A DNA stretch of 64,000 nt from Octopus vulgaris (GCA_951406725.2 OX597836.1:24614001-24678000); one strand, 5' to 3'; counted from the stretch's first letter, positions 39,671 through 55,725 are shown. A program made the numbers and translations. The notes: a model not told the origin generated them from the sequence alone.

Positions 39671-41345
39671 TAAACTACAAACAAACAAAAATCCCCGCCC
39701 CACGCTGTCTAAAAAAACCCACCTCCCCACCACCGACACAATGAAACAATAATAGGAAAACTAAAAGATTTACACACGGGACAGAGTTTATTGCCGCAGT
39801 AAGCTTCAACTGACAGGGTCCCTGGCATTACATAAGAACCGCCTCCAAACAACCAGATACACATGTACAACACGCCGGTGCAATATTACAACATCTTAAA
39901 CACATTATCTCTTACCAATTAGTACAGACAATCAAAAACACTCACAGAAATAACTGTAACAGGCAGAGTGTCACTCGTTCCTGACACTCTACTAGGCAGT
40001 CGGTGGGGGGGGACTAAAAGAACAGAGAGAGGGGTGGAGGGAGAGGGGGGTGAGAGAATGCAACATGTTCAGACATTTACTTGACACTTTATGCAAATTT
40101 ATCTCTTGTCAGTGTTTAGTGTGGTCAACAGTTGTGGTCGTGGGGAGATTGTGAACCAGAAGAAAGGTATCTGGGAGTTGCATCTCACCGTTCTGCCGTC
40201 TTTCTGAGCACCATTAGGATTGCTCGATCTAGGCTGACCTGTTGCTAATAACAACGAGTAAACTAGGGAGCATCTACTACAGAGATGGCGGACCTTTATA
40301 TAACCAGGAGTGATTTACAAGTGAATAATGCCTATGGGAAGTGTCTCTGCTGAAATATTAGTTAATCTTTCGTTTATTAAGTTATAGGTTACCAGCTTAT
40401 ATTAAATTATTGCTTTGGTGTTGAAGGCTTAACCGTATTTTACATATGTGTGTGTTTTGTGAGAAACTCTGTGAGCGAGCGATTTTATGTTGGAAAAAGG
40501 GTGAAGTGTCGCGACACTTTACACCACTGCTCAACCTGCTAGAAATAGCAACTAGTTTTCCCTGACAATGTTTTTAGGGAATGAAGGACACATTGACCAA
40601 AAATATGCAGGTATGTTACGGTTGAAACGCCTTTTATCATGGTTCTGAACAATAGAGGCTGATTTGGTGCTAAACAGCCCCATCATTACTATCGCCACCA
40701 TCTCCATCACCCCTTTCCCACATTATCAACACAACTCCCGTCACCCTCAACATCACACTACTATCACCATCGCAACAATAACAACAACAACCAATACTAG
40801 TCACAAAATATTTCTTTCAGTGATTTTCCGACAGATATGTAGGCAAGGAATTTGCCTTATCATTCTCACCGATCTAGGAGGACCTTTAAAGGTAAAGAGT
40901 ATTACCTTGCTCCACTGAGTAACGTATAAGATATTAACATTATAAGAAAAAGAATTGTGTTGGAGAAAAGTCTCACGTCTGAATGGATTTCACTGAAACA
41001 TGATCTGCTAGAAGCATTAACAACGGCTGAACATGTAACGCCAACCAACTTCCTTGCCACACTGTAATATATCCTCAGAAAGAAAGTATTTGATTAAGAA
41101 ATTTCTTAATTAAACACGTATGTTTCGTTGCAAGGGTAAAGAAGCAAATCTAATAATTGAGGTCCTTCGCCCTTTGTCCAAGTGCATTAACAAAATCATT
41201 GAACTAAAGCAGCGATTTAATCAAAAGCCCGCTCGTTAATTCAATTATTCCATAATTTTCATCCAAACCTAGATACGCTTTTAATCTTTTTGTTTTAATT
41301 ATAAATACTTAAACCGATAAAACTGAATAGAAATTTAGTACAGTA

Positions 41346-41520
41346 AAGGCGACGAGCTGGCAGAAACGTTAGCACGCCGGGCGAAATACTTAGCGGTATT
41401 TCGTCTGCCGTTACGTTCTGAGTTCAAATTCCGCCGGGGTCGACTTTGCCTTTCATCCTTTCGGGGTCGATAAATTAAGTACCAGTTGAATGCCGGGGTC
41501 GATGTAATTGACTCTCTCCT
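41346..41520 (+). mobile_element. SINE family A
   Basis: Head and core match. Confidence 0.85.
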
Positions 41521-42292
41521 CAAAGTTGAAGTGAGGCTGACCAACAACTTTGGGGTAGTGACAGTTAGGTAGAGAAAAGAAGGGCTTTCACAGATTGACC
41601 CCATCGACAACTTTGAACATGCAACTGGTTGTATGTGTACAGATGTACACCTATGTAGGTGGACGTGTTTATATAATTCTTCACGATGCGAAAAGAAACT
41701 AGTAAAAATTGGTTATCGGTTTCACGTGATGTGTTGGTGTAGTCTATGGAAGAAGGCAAAACCGAATGGCGCAGAAGTTCGCTTTGCAAATCTGAGGGTT
41801 TGGGATCGAACCTATTGCGTTGTGTCTTCGACAAGCGCATTCCACCATAGTTTCGGATTGATCCAAACTTTGTAAATGAAATTCAACAAAAGGAAACTGT
41901 GTGGAAGCCTACCAGATGACATGTAACTATGATTCACAAGGGCGGGTTCTCTCACATGATGACTGTGCTTGAGAGCTACATTGAAGGTATGCGTGACTGT
42001 GGAATACTCAGCCGCTTACTTAATAATTCATTGACTGGACAATTGTAATATTCGTCGTCGAGTCTGACGGAAAACCTATTCATTTCCGTCTTCTCTTATA
42101 AATACAACTGAAGACAGCAGGGAATGGTGTGATGAAGGTTTTGGTTTCGAAATCAGGAAGACGATTCGCGGGTTGGTTCATGATTATATAAGTAGATATA
42201 TATCCATCCCCCCCCCCCCCACACAGATATATTTGTTGAGAGACAAACAGACAGATACATACATAGATAGATAGACAGACAAACAAGCAGTC

Positions 42293-42371
<79 letters not shown>

Positions 42372-42376
42372 CAGAC

Positions 42377-42423
<47 letters not shown>

Positions 42424-42424
42424 C

Positions 42425-42501
<77 letters not shown>

Positions 42502-42520
42502 TAGGTGATAGATAGACAGA
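42293..42520. repeat. (GATA)n microsatellite
   Basis: Directly visible. Confidence 0.97.
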
Positions 42521-43098
42521 CAGAAATCATGCCGTAGTGTCTTGTTCCAAGGTTTGTCGTAGTAATGACAAAACGAACAAGAAGAAGGGGGCGGTTGTGC
42601 GAAATCTGTGTGGTTCCCATTCACACTCTCATGTCGGCAGTGAAACTTGCAACAGTTACGTTGCCAACTCAGAAGAATATCCCTTTGAGACGTTGAAAGG
42701 CTGCCGAGATGCACATCTTTCTAATGTTGTAGCTCAGCCATCTGGAAAACGTTTCTAACGAAGGTAAAACGGCTCACATCGTTTCACTGATTTCACAATT
42801 AGTGATATGAAACTTGAAAACATCAGCAGTGTTGGGTCCCTGGGTATATATCAAAGAAAGAGCGCACGAAAAATAGAACAGCCATTACTGTAGGCGGTGC
42901 TACAGCTTGGCCCGACATACCATGCGTACAACGAACTAATAACCTAAATGATACGCACTCAAAAACGCATCCATCTACCTGCAAACACACACAAACACAC
43001 ACATATTAGTTATATATTACAAGCTCTACTGTGTATGAGGACACATACACACATATACACACTTCTACGTGCATGCGTGTGTGTGTGTATGTGTGTGT

Positions 43099-43144
<46 letters not shown>

Positions 43145-43763
43145 TTCTGATTTTAATCATTTAAATTCTTCCTCTCAAGAATTCTTCTAACAAAGATCCA
43201 AAGCTCCATCGTTCAAACGTAAACAACAAAAGCAATGCCACATTTTAAACTTGAGAAAAGTCTTTCACATTTTTACTGTTCCACTTACAAATTGTGTTTG
43301 TGATGTACAAGTGAGTATGTGTATATGTATGGATGGTGGTAAGACTCCAGCTCGGGAGTTCTGGAGTCTGGAGAGTGGGGAGTCAGCCCTTAACTACCAT
43401 TACTCCCAAGTCCGATATGTGATGCACTAAGTAAACCCTCACACGTGTGTCTCGTTTCAGACCAAGGGTATGATTTTCTATGTCATTGCTAAGGACACAT
43501 ACAATGTCTTGGTGATCGAAACCTAAAGAGCGCCACGCTCTATGAAAGGGACATCCATGTCTCACTCAGCCAGCTACAAAATACCATAAGTATCAGTTGG
43601 ACTAAAATGTGTACGTAGAGGGCTTCGCAATCAAATTAAATGACATTTTACCAATAGAAATAGCAAACTTTCTTCTGCCATCAAGACACACACATCTGAA
43701 CCGAAGATGAAGATTAGATAATCAGTCTGTAGGATAGAATAACCATTGTTTAGAATAACCCCT

Positions 43764-43809
<46 letters not shown>

Positions 43810-44049
43810 ATCCCCAACCAATATTGCATTCTTTCCCCTGTCAACTTTACTCCCATGACATTAGCAAACTCAATGAACTCGATTCCACTACAGGTCTAAA
43901 TAACAGTTATGCCATCAATCGAGATGTCATTTGCCTTCACATCCCTGCACCCGTTCTCGTTGTCAACGCAATGAGAAACCGGATCATTTCTTGTAACATC
44001 TACTGTCTCGGTCTTTGGCCTCAACCAGCTTGTGGCCATTATTATGAAC

Positions 44050-44352
44050 GGAAGCACATGGCCAAGTGGTTAGAGCGGCGGACTCGCGGTCGAGGGATCG
44101 CGGGTTCGAATCTCAGACCGGGCGATGTGTGTGTTTATGAGCGAAACACCTAAGCTCCACGCGGCTCCGACAGAAGGTAATGGTGAATTCTGCTGACTCT
44201 TTCGTCACAACTTTCTCTTACTGTTTCCTCCTGCATCTTGCAGCTCACCTGCGACGGACCGGCGTCCCGTCCAGGTGGGGAACCTATACGCCAAGGAAAC
44301 CGGGAAACCGGCCCTAATGAGCCAGGCATGGCTCGAAATAGGAACAAACAAA
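44050..44352 (+). mobile_element. tRNA-derived SINE (family C-related)
   Basis: TGGCCAAGTGGTTAGAGCG...GGGTTCGAATCTC head; the tail resembles that of 36155-36393. It is flanked by the direct repeat CATTATTATGAACG. Confidence 0.82.
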
Positions 44353-44636
44353 CAACATTATTATGAACGACTGCTATTTCCATTCTAGTAGCCCCCACCA
44401 ACGAATAAACATCGAGATTGCTAACAGGTCTTGGCCTATCGGATGTGCTGACCATCACATACAAGGACCAGCTAAAACACGGTGTGTTGAACACTTGCTA
44501 TTGCCGTGCTTTGTCCCCGGATATATGTGCATGACATCGTAATGTTTATTTCTCGTGACGAAGCAGACGTTATATTTTGTAGATTCAACTGAATGAACGA
44601 CCATATAGATTTTAAGATACAACATTACACCCACAA

Positions 44637-44698
<62 letters not shown>

Positions 44699-44749
44699 TA
44701 CGTACATATATATATATACATATATACATGGCATCATTTATCTTTTATT

Positions 44750-45385
44750 TTTCACTTGTTTCAGTCATTAGACTGTGGTCATGCTGGAGCACCATCTGGA
44801 AGAATTTTAGTCAACGAATTGACCCCGGTACTTTAATTTTTCTTAAGCCTGGCACTTATCCTATCGGTCTCTTTTGCCGAACTGCTAAGTTACGGGGGTA
44901 TAAACACACCAACACCGGTTGTCAAGCACAGAGGACAAACACAGACACAAAGGCACACACACACACACACACATTCTATATATATTAAAGGCGGCCAGCT
45001 GGCAGAAACGTTAGCATGCCGGGCGAAATGCATAGCCATATTTCGTCTGCTGCTACGTTCTGGGTTCAAATTCCGCCGAGGTTGACTTTGCCTTTCATCC
45101 TTTCGGGGTCGATAAAGTAAGTATCAGTTACGCACTGGGGTCGATGTAATCGACTTAATACCTATGTCTGTCCTTGTTTGTCCCCTCTATGTTTAGCCCC
45201 TTGTGGGTAATAAAGAAACATATATATACATTCACGGCGGGATTCTTTCTGTTTCCGTCTACCAAATCCACTTACAAGGCTTTGATCGACTCGAGGCTAT
45301 AGCAGAAGGTACTTGCCCGAGATGCTAGGCAGTGGGACTGAACCCGAAACCATGTGGCTGGCAAGCAAGTTACTTACCACGCAAC
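44750..45385 (-). mobile_element. SINE family B interrupted at its internal microsatellite by a + strand SINE A (44988-45220)
   Basis: 3' half at 44750-44960, SINE A insert, 5' half at 45232-45385. Confidence 0.8.
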
Positions 45386-45389
45386 AACT

Positions 45390-45437
<48 letters not shown>

Positions 45438-45706
45438 AAGAAAGAAAGAAAGGGAGAGAATGTCACCTTTATAACTATTGGTTAGATTATAGAACAGAGT
45501 TGATTGCTTCGAGTGGAAAGCGTTATTACTTTATTAGTTGACAGTGTATCCATCCGTGGCCTCTGTGTGAACTTGTGTGAAACACGTTTCACCAGATGCA
45601 TTAAACACATCATTTACACAACACAAACTCCGCCAGGTGCAATGCTCACTCTCCAGGAAAGAGTTCATCATTATCATCATGGCGGTCTTCTTTAGTGGTT
45701 TAATAT

Positions 45707-45708
<2 letters not shown>

Positions 45709-45763
<55 letters not shown>

Positions 45764-45965
45764 TGTGTGTGTGTGTGTATGTATTACTAATGTCACTATG
45801 TGCGCTCATGTCTATGGGTGTATGTCGACATGTGTGAGTTCATGTGTATATCTATTGTGTGTGTATATGTGCATCTATGTGTGTATTTATCTGTGTATGT
45901 GTGTTTGTGTGTGCATGTGTGTGTGTGTGCCTGTGTGTTTGTGTGTGCGCGCATGTGTGTGCCTC

Positions 45966-46005
<40 letters not shown>

Positions 46006-46063
46006 CGTGCGTTCATCTGTGTATGTGTGCTTGTGTGTGCATGTGTGTGTGCGTATGTGTGTG

Positions 46064-46119
<56 letters not shown>

Positions 46120-46140
46120 TGTCTGTCTGTCTGTCTGTTG
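45709..46140. repeat. Degenerate (TG)n tract
   Basis: Directly visible. Confidence 0.95.
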
Positions 46141-46233
46141 TGCAGAAGGTTAGAATGGTAAACAAACGTATGGCCTATTCTGAATGTTCCACGTTATGAA
46201 GACGAAAAGGGTTTTGTTTGAAGAAGGCAAGGA

Positions 46234-46300
<67 letters not shown>

Positions 46301-47186
46301 GGTGAGGGACGGGTGGGGGCAATCGAGGTAATTAGCTCGTTAAACAGCTGGCGAGATTAACGTCCTTTCAGAAAAGATATTACAACAGTGGAAACCAAAA
46401 AGAATCTTCTCTTTGCTTTCCACACAATTAGTTTTGTGCTTCCAGATTGCTGTTGTTGTTGTTGTTATTGGTGCACTTCTTGTTCTTCTTGTTCTTGTTG
46501 TTCTTGTTCTTGTTGTTCTTGTTCTTGTTGTTCTTCTACTTGTAGTTATTGTTGTTCTTCTTCTTTTCTACTCTTCTTTTCTGCTTCTCTTTCTTGTAGT
46601 TGTTGTTATTGCTGTTGTTATTGTTCTTCTTCTTCTTTTTCTTCTTCTTCTTCTTCTCCTCCTCCTTCTTCTTCTTCTTCTTCTTCTTCTTCTTCTTCTT
46701 CTTCTTCTTCTTCTTCTTCTCCTCCTCCTCCTCCTCCTCCCCATCCTCCTTCTTCTTCTTCTTCTTGTTCTTGCTGTCGTTGTCATCGTTGTTGTTGATC
46801 CTGTCGCCGTTGTTGTCTTTGTTATTGTTGTCTTAATCGTTTAACTCCAGGTCAGCCTTGATTATGCAAGCCTTTTGATCAAATGCATTCCAGCCGTGAC
46901 CATCCTATTTATTCTCGTGCACCAGGAACCTAGGACCTTATTATCGATTGTGCCTTTTTCTAAGGCAATAGAATGTAACTTGAGAATGTGCTGTTATTTC
47001 TAGCCCGTCGAATGACCACTTACAGGCTGCCTCGTTAATACACTGTGGGAAGTTGGTAGAAGCGGCACACACGAATTGGCACTTAAAGAAGGGCGCAAAA
47101 AACTGGGCTCCGTGGGACCACTTCAAAACTAAATAGAAAATAAAAGCAAAGAAATAAAATTTCTTTTGTGTGATGTATATCAGCCT

Positions 47187-47530
47187 AAGGCGCATGATTC
47201 AGAGGTTAGAACGTCAGTCTTACAATCATGAGTTAGTGAGATCGATTCCCAGACTAGGCTGTGTGTTTTGTTCTTGAGCAAGACGCTGTCTTAGACGTCG
47301 TTCCAGTTCACTCATCTGTAGAAATGAGTTGTGACGTCACTGGTGCCGAGTTGTATCGGCCCCTTTGCCTTTCCCTCGGATGCCATCAGTGGTGTGGAAA
47401 GGGGAGGCTGGTTTGCATGGGCGACTGTTGGTCTTCCATAAACAACCTTGCTCGGACTTGTGCCTCGGAAAGCAACTTTCTAGATGCAATCCCATGGTCA
47501 TTCATGACCGAAGGGAGGTCTTTACCCTTT
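47187..47530 (+). mobile_element. SINE family C (diverged)
   Basis: Colinear with 36665-37010. Confidence 0.83.
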
Positions 47531-48333
47531 GCTCTTTCATCAACTTAAGATATTGCTATGTAATCAAAAGAAACATTGAACCTAAACTAATTACAAATGC
47601 TGGTTTCAAAGTTTTGTCACAAGGCTCGTAATTTCGGGGGAGGCGGGGATGAGTCGATTACAACGACCCCAGTACTCAACTGGTACTTATTTTATCGACC
47701 CCCCGAAAGGATGACAGGCAAAATAGATCTCACTGGGATCTGAACTCAGAATGTAAAGACAGACGAAAAAGCCGCTGAGCATTTTGTCCGGTATGCTAAC
47801 CATTCTGCTAGCTCGCTGCCTTCACCTAGTTATTTGGAAACAAAGTCAACAATTTCGGAAGCAAGTTCTGAATTAAAATTCCGCTGATGTCGACTTTGCC
47901 GTTCATCCTATCGGAGTCGATAAAATAAGTACCAGCTGACTACGTGGGTAGGCGTAATCGTCTAGCTCTCTCTCACCCCCGAAATTGCTAGCCTTGTGCC
48001 AAAATTTGAAATCAATATTTAACCGAAGCCTTCGCGAATCAAAGCAAAACTGTTACGAAACATGTATGGTTAATACCCGAACCCCAAACTCACCACCAAT
48101 GGCTAAAACAGAAGGTATTGGTATGATCCTGTAGGAACCGGTTTCGATTTCGTTACGAATTTCATTAGTATTTCGGTAGCTTGGTTCTTGTAAATGGTGA
48201 TATTACAAGTGTTGTTATTGTGGAGGCGCGTGGCTTAATAGTCAGGGCGCTGAACTCATGGTCTTATTATTGTGGTTTCGATTCCTGGTCTGGGCAATGC
48301 GTTGTGCTTTGCCCCAGTCCACTCAAGGTGGCT

Positions 48334-48711
48334 AGCTGGTAGAATCGTTAGCACGCCGGGCGAAATGCGTAGCAGTATTTCGTCTGCCGCTACGTTCTGA
48401 GTTCAAATTTCGCCGAGGTCGACTTTGCCTTTCATCCTTTCGGGGTCGATAAATAAAGTACCAGTTACGCACTGGGGTCGATCTAATCGACTTAATCCGT
48501 TTGTTCTTGTTTGTCCTCTCTGTGTTTAGCCCCTTGTGGGTAGTAAAGAAATAGGTATTTCGTCGTCTTTACGTTCTGAGTTCAAATTCCGCCGAGGTCG
48601 ACTTTGCCTTTCAACCTTTCGGGGTCGATAAATCAAGTACCAGTTGAGTGCTGGGGTCGATGTAATTGACTCTCTCCTCAAAATTTCAGGCCTTATGCCT
48701 ATTGTAGAAAG

Positions 48712-48715
<4 letters not shown>
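48334..48715 (+). mobile_element. SINE family A (L1-like tail) followed directly by the 3' part of another SINE A
   Basis: The tail AAAGAAATA is joined to GGTATTTCGTC, resuming the SINE body. Confidence 0.85.
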
Positions 48716-48780
<65 letters not shown>

Positions 48781-49635
48781 CTTGACACCAGAATATAAAG
48801 GAAACATTGCAAATAAGAAGTTAACTGAATCAGCAAATATTTTCTCGCGATTTAAATACAGCGGAAGTTAACTTCAATATTGTATCTATAAGCTATTCAC
48901 CGTTTCCGGATGTCTAAAGCCGACTTCCTTCCTAAACTATTAACTTGACTGAATTCCATTAAATGGAATACGGAAATTGGGTTTTATAACGTTTTATTGT
49001 TACTTAACTTATTATAAACGGTCTACTGGGCCAGGTAGGAACCCACTAGTGAGGCTCTATGTAATCGCTCTACGCGCTAGAAATAGTAGCAATATTCTAC
49101 TCTCATTCCCTATCGTCTTGAAAATAACGAAGACTATATCGGATCTGACTTACACTTGACAACCGACAAATGACCGAAGTAGAGAAAAAAAAATCTTTCT
49201 TTTGTGAGACCACATCCCGTCACTTTTTCTTATGAATTTCTATCTCTGCCGTAAGGCTTCATTTACACACGCGCCAGGTTAATTCAATTCGTCCCAAGTC
49301 GAAAGACACCTGTTGTTATGTCCTGTTACTATTTTTATTGTATTTATATTGTATTTATACTTGTGTAACATCGTCTGTTTTTCCGTCCTTGTTTTTGTAT
49401 ACATTCGATGCTTTCTTCCAAGGAATCTAATGATCTTAGCTTAGTTTTTCCTTGGGGCTGGCCTGATTGGACGAAATTGCGAGGATGATCTGGTTTTTGA
49501 CAGAGGAAAGAAAGCTTTGAATGACCCGTCCTTGTTTTTTTTTGTATCGTCTATCTGGATGTTTTATTGTCCCTTTTTGTATCACCTAGTTGTCCGGATG
49601 TTTTGCGTTCTTGTCTCATTTTGTATTATATATTA

Positions 49636-49737
<102 letters not shown>

Positions 49738-49947
49738 TATGTATGTATAACCAAAGTATACAAGTAAATATTCATTTTAGCCAATCTTACCTATCGGTTT
49801 CACAACGGATTTTGAACGGTTATCTGAATACCAGTACTCTTCAGAGGCGGCAGGTATATTGACAAATATACGAATGCCTATTTTTCATATATATGGATTC
49901 TTAGACAATATATATATACATACATACAGTCCACATACGCACACACA

Positions 49948-50170
49948 CAGAAGGGGGCGCTAAGAAGTTTTGGGCTTTGGGCAAAAGAAAATACAGGAGG
50001 TTCAGTTAATTATGATTTTTTTTAAAATTCAACATATTCCCAGATCCACACACTTATTGTAACGGTCCTTCAATTTTTCTCATCCCTTTAAAAGAACTCA
50101 GAAGTTTGGACCACCAACCAGGCCTTTCGAGACACCCTTAAAACTAGGAAATTTTCAACACCCTCCTCGT
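49948..50170. mobile_element. Mariner-derived MITE
   Basis: Degenerate TIRs GAAGGGGGCGCTAAGAAGTT / AATTTTCAACACCCTCCTCGT; same family as 63423-63582. Confidence 0.7.
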
Positions 50171-50234
50171 GTGTGTGTGTGTGTAAAGACAGCAGAGTAA
50201 GCAGCGTCCAGTTCACTTTCACTTACCGTGGATG

Positions 50235-50602
50235 GAAGCACTCCGTCGGTTACGACGACGAGGGTTCCGGTTGATCCGATCAACGGAACAACCTGCTCGT
50301 AAAATTAATGTGTAAGTGGCTGAGCATTCCACAGACACGTGCACCCTTAACGTAGTTCTCGGGGATATTCAGCGTGACACAGAGAGTGACAAGGCCGGCC
50401 CTTTGAAAAACAGGAAGTAAGAGTGAGAGAAAATTGTGGTGAAAGAGTACAGCAGGGATCACCACCATCCCCTGCCGGAGCCTCGTGGAGCTTTAGGTGT
50501 TTTCGCTCAATAAACACTCACAACGCCCGGTCTGGGAATCGAAACCGCGATCCTACGACCGCGAGTCCGCTGCCCTAACCACTGGGCCATTGCGCCTCCA
50601 CG
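50235..50602 (-). mobile_element. tRNA-derived SINE (family C-related)
   Basis: Minus strand head GGAGGCGCAATGGCCCAGTGGTTAGGGCAGCGG; the same head occurs at 54484 (+). Confidence 0.85.
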
Positions 50603-50846
50603 CACTTACCGTGCCTACGTGGGCATATACAGCAACTGCATCAATCTAAAGAGTCTCAGAGGTATGTGAAGATCATCTCCTAATCTATCAAAGATAAGAT
50701 TTCTCTAAAATAGTGTCCAGACAGGTCATTCGTCTTCGAGAGAAAAAAGAAATCATTAATAAAAGACAAGAGGAAATAATATCGCGTTTATCAGACGAGT
50801 CTGAAATCTGGCAAATGTTTTACAAAATTTAAGTCAAGAATCGGGT

Positions 50847-51018
50847 AGGCGCAGGAGTGGCTGTGTGGTAAGTAGCTTGCTTACCAACCACATGGTTCCG
50901 AGTTCAGTCCCACTGCGTGGCATCTTGGGCAAGTGTCTTCTGCTATAGCCCCGGGCCGACCAATGCCTTGTGAGCGGATTTGGTAGACGGAAACTGAAAG
51001 AAGCCTGTCGTATATATG

Positions 51019-51071
<53 letters not shown>

Positions 51072-51272
51072 TTGTGTTTGTCCCCCTAGCATTGCTTGAC
51101 AACCGATGCTGGTGCGTTTACGTCACTTAGCGTCACTTAGCGGTTTGGCAAAAGAGCCCGATAGAATAAGTACTGGGCTTACAAAGAATAAGTCCCGGGG
51201 TCGATTTGCTCGACTAAAAGGCGGTGCTCCAGCATGGCCACAGTCAAATGACTGAAACAAGTAAAAGAGAGA
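50847..51272 (+). mobile_element. SINE family B, full length
   Basis: Near-identical to 24439-24855. Confidence 0.88.
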
Positions 51273-51356
51273 AATAGAGAAATCGACCGTAAGAATCACT
51301 TTACAGGCAGTTCCTAGTTCAGAGAGAGGGGGAAAAGGGAGGGAATAGGGAGAAAA

Positions 51357-51409
<53 letters not shown>

Positions 51410-51882
51410 AGATATTTGAAGACAAAACAATGTCGGTAATTAGATTGGACAGGTGGGTTAATCACGTGGTGATGTGGTGATCCACCAGCCGGGGAAAAAA
51501 AATTCCCACAGAACCTAAGAAACATCATATCTTTACTCTGTTTCACTTAAGATAACATTGTTCATCGACTCGGAAGATAAGATGTGTTGTGCGCGTGTAG
51601 GGTGAGCGTGTGTTTTGCGCGCACGCGTACATATGTACATACGTACACGCAAATGCATGGACATAAATATGTGTTTGTCTGTATGTCTGTGAGTGTGTGT
51701 AGGATATATGTATATATATATATGTAGATATAATTATATGTACGCGTTAATATATGCGTGGATAAATATGTACATAAGTATGTGTCCACGTATGCATGTA
51801 TGTATGTATGTATGTATGTATGTATGTATGTATGCATGTATGTAGGTATGTATGTACGTATGTATGTATGTATGTATGCATG

Positions 51883-51918
<36 letters not shown>

Positions 51919-51973
51919 CGTGTGTGTGTGCGTGTGTGTATGTTTGTATGCAGCATGTATGCATGTATATATA

Positions 51974-52103
51974 CAAGGGGTGTATGAATAATTTTGAGCC
52001 TCAAAAAAAACCAAAAAAAAACATGGTACAAGACTTCTGATGAAAGTACAAGACTTCAAGGCTCAAAGGCCTTGAAGGGTCAAAACCTTTCATACACCCC
52101 TCG
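51974..52103. mobile_element. Short mariner-type MITE with TA TSD
   Basis: TA-CAAGGGGTGTATGAA...TTCATACACCCCTCG-TA terminal inverted repeats. Confidence 0.8.
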
Positions 52104-52153
52104 TATGAATGTATGCATGTTTGTGTGTATGTTTATATGTACGTTTGTATGTT

Positions 52154-52188
<35 letters not shown>

Positions 52189-52891
52189 ATTTATGTATGT
52201 ATATGTCTGTCTGTATGTATGTATGTATGTGTGTGTATGTATGTATGTATGTATGTATGTATGTCTGTCTGTATGTATGTATGTATGTATGTATGTATGT
52301 ATGTATGCATGTATGCAAATATGTATGTATGTAATACGTTTGTGTGAAATTGGTAACTATAAGTAGCAAATTAATTTATTCTCTAAATCTAACTCTATTT
52401 AGTCTCCAAGAACTCATCAAATTTCAAAATTCTAAAACGATGAAAGGTTTCGAAGTTCCTTTCTTCCGTTATAAACAAACGAAACGTTATCTTTGAAAGA
52501 AATGTTTCAGAGATAAGGCATTACGCCGAATATACAACAGAGTTACGTTCCGCGTTCTTTCTCTTTCTCTTCCTGTCCCTCTCCCTCCCTCCCTCCCTCC
52601 CTCACACCACCTTTATCTCTCTTCTTTAATTTACTTCAGGAAGTCTTTAGTCTATAGTCGACACGGCAGAAGGCTGCAAAAGGAGAAGGTGGAGGTGATA
52701 GTGAACTTTCAGCGGCTGGACGATGGGAGGTGGGAGGCTGCGTGGGGGCAGGGGTGAGACCAGGGGTTGTAGCGTGGGAGATGGCCACCCATTAGGAACT
52801 GTTTACAATTGTGTATATCAGCGACTGACGCACTATCAGCTTAAACAGTACCACGCGGCAAAGTTGCTGACGTTTGGCTAACGAAATCATG

Positions 52892-52922
<31 letters not shown>

Positions 52923-53349
52923 CGTGTGTGTGTATACACATATAGATATATGTACACATATATACATATATATGCATATAGATGCATACACGCACACACA
53001 CATAAGTGTAAGATAAGACGCAACGACGGCTAAATTTTGTCTGCGTCCCTCTCGTGATCGCTTCTGGGTCGATTTCGTTTCGCCTGGCTCTTAAATATAG
53101 TGTATCTTTTAACACTACCTGTCTTTAAAGGGACGTTTCCTGGGCAAAAAAACATCAACTTCCGGCGTTTAAACGACGCGCAATCATTAAGTATGCTGTA
53201 TTAATAACGCTTTTTTGTTTGGCGGGGATATTCGTTTGTTTATTTACAACACGTTTTATTTAATTATATATAGAAATGGCATGTCAAATTTTCCGTTTGT
53301 TATCTTCTTTTTATTTAATTCTGACAAAAAATATATATGATATACATAC

Positions 53350-54162
<813 letters not shown>

Positions 54163-54377
54163 CAGTTTCCGTCTACCAAATCTACTCACGAGGCTTTGGT
54201 TGGCCCGAGGTTATAGCAGAAGACTTCTGCCCAAGGTGCTACGCAGTGGAACTAGACCTGGAACCTTGTGATTGGGAAGCAAGCCTCTTACCACACAGTC
54301 CTGTTTCAGTCCAATTGCGTGGCACCTTGGGCAAGTGCTTTCTGCTAACGAAACGACACACATTTTTTTCTGTGTCC

Positions 54378-54413
54378 TTTTCTGTAGAAGAGCGTAGGCT
54401 CGAAACGTAAAAG
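54378..54413 (+). ncRNA. Hammerhead-like motif with non-canonical core (A6U)
   Basis: TTTT-CTGTAGA-A-GAGC-GTAG-GCTC-GAAA-CG-TA-AAAG; same architecture as 11822-11856. Confidence 0.45.
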
Positions 54414-54631
54414 ACTTTTTCTATTCTTGAGTGTTATACTAATACATTCTGTTTGTTTTGTACACCACCTGTCTTCATCTATGTGGAGACGCAATGGCCC
54501 AGTGGTTAGGGTAGCGGACTCGCGGTCGTAGGATCGCGGTTTCGATTCCCAGACTGGGCGTTGTGAGTTGTTTATTGAGCGAGAACACGTAAAAGCTCCA
54601 CGAAGCTCGGCAGGGGGTGGTGATCCCTGCT

Positions 54632-54694
<63 letters not shown>

Positions 54695-54917
54695 TTATGT
54701 ATGTATGTGTGTGTATATGTTTGTGTGTCTGTGTTTGTCCCCCCAACATCACTTGGCAACCGATACTTGTGTGTTTACGTCCCCGTAACTAGCGGTTACC
54801 GATAGAGTCAGTACAAGGCTTACAAAGAATAAGTCTTGGGGTCGATTTGCTCGACTTGAGGCGGTGCTCAAGCATGGCCGCAGTCAAATGACTGAAACAA
54901 GCAAAAGAGTAAAAGAG

Positions 54918-54960
<43 letters not shown>

Positions 54961-55558
54961 TCTAAGCAGTAGCCAGCATGTCGAAAGATAGATTACATTA
55001 AATGTGTATTTAAAAACGTTTCAAAGAACGATAAGTACTGTTTTACTGATAACCTTCACTTTTTACAGCTATACACCCACCCAATAATCCACCTCCCCAA
55101 CAGTACCAGGGAGAACATACGCACACACACACACACACACGCGCACTTACACATACATTTAAACTACCTTTCTTATACCAATATGTTCGGTTCTTTTATA
55201 TATTCATTTTTGCTTGGCCTGTTTATTTAAAAATTGCATGCCTATGGAATTTGCCTTTATATCTTTGCATATCAGCGTGTATATATATATATATATATAT
55301 ATATACATGTGCATACACACATACATGTATACACACACACATATGTACATACATACACACACACATAAGGAGATGTGTGTTAAATCAATGGCAACATGGA
55401 AGAAACTATGTGACCAAGTTATCCGAATATACCATCAGCTACCAGAATGTTTATGTTAGCAGGGTACATGTTCCTTAGTTTTATAACAGCCTCACACATG
55501 CGCATACATACATCCATACATAATACATATATACATACTTACCTATATGCAAGCACAC

Positions 55559-55594
<36 letters not shown>

Positions 55595-55692
55595 TAGTTC
55601 TTAGACTTTTACATGACTGATTCGTACTTTGCATATACATAGAAATATAGAAACAAACATATTAATGCAAGTGTGTATATATATATATATAC

Positions 55693-55725
<33 letters not shown>

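Noticed and set aside
44050-44125. tRNA-like sequences here and at 36665 and 54484
   Set aside because: They are SINE heads continuing into SINE bodies, with no proper acceptor stem, so they are not tRNA genes.
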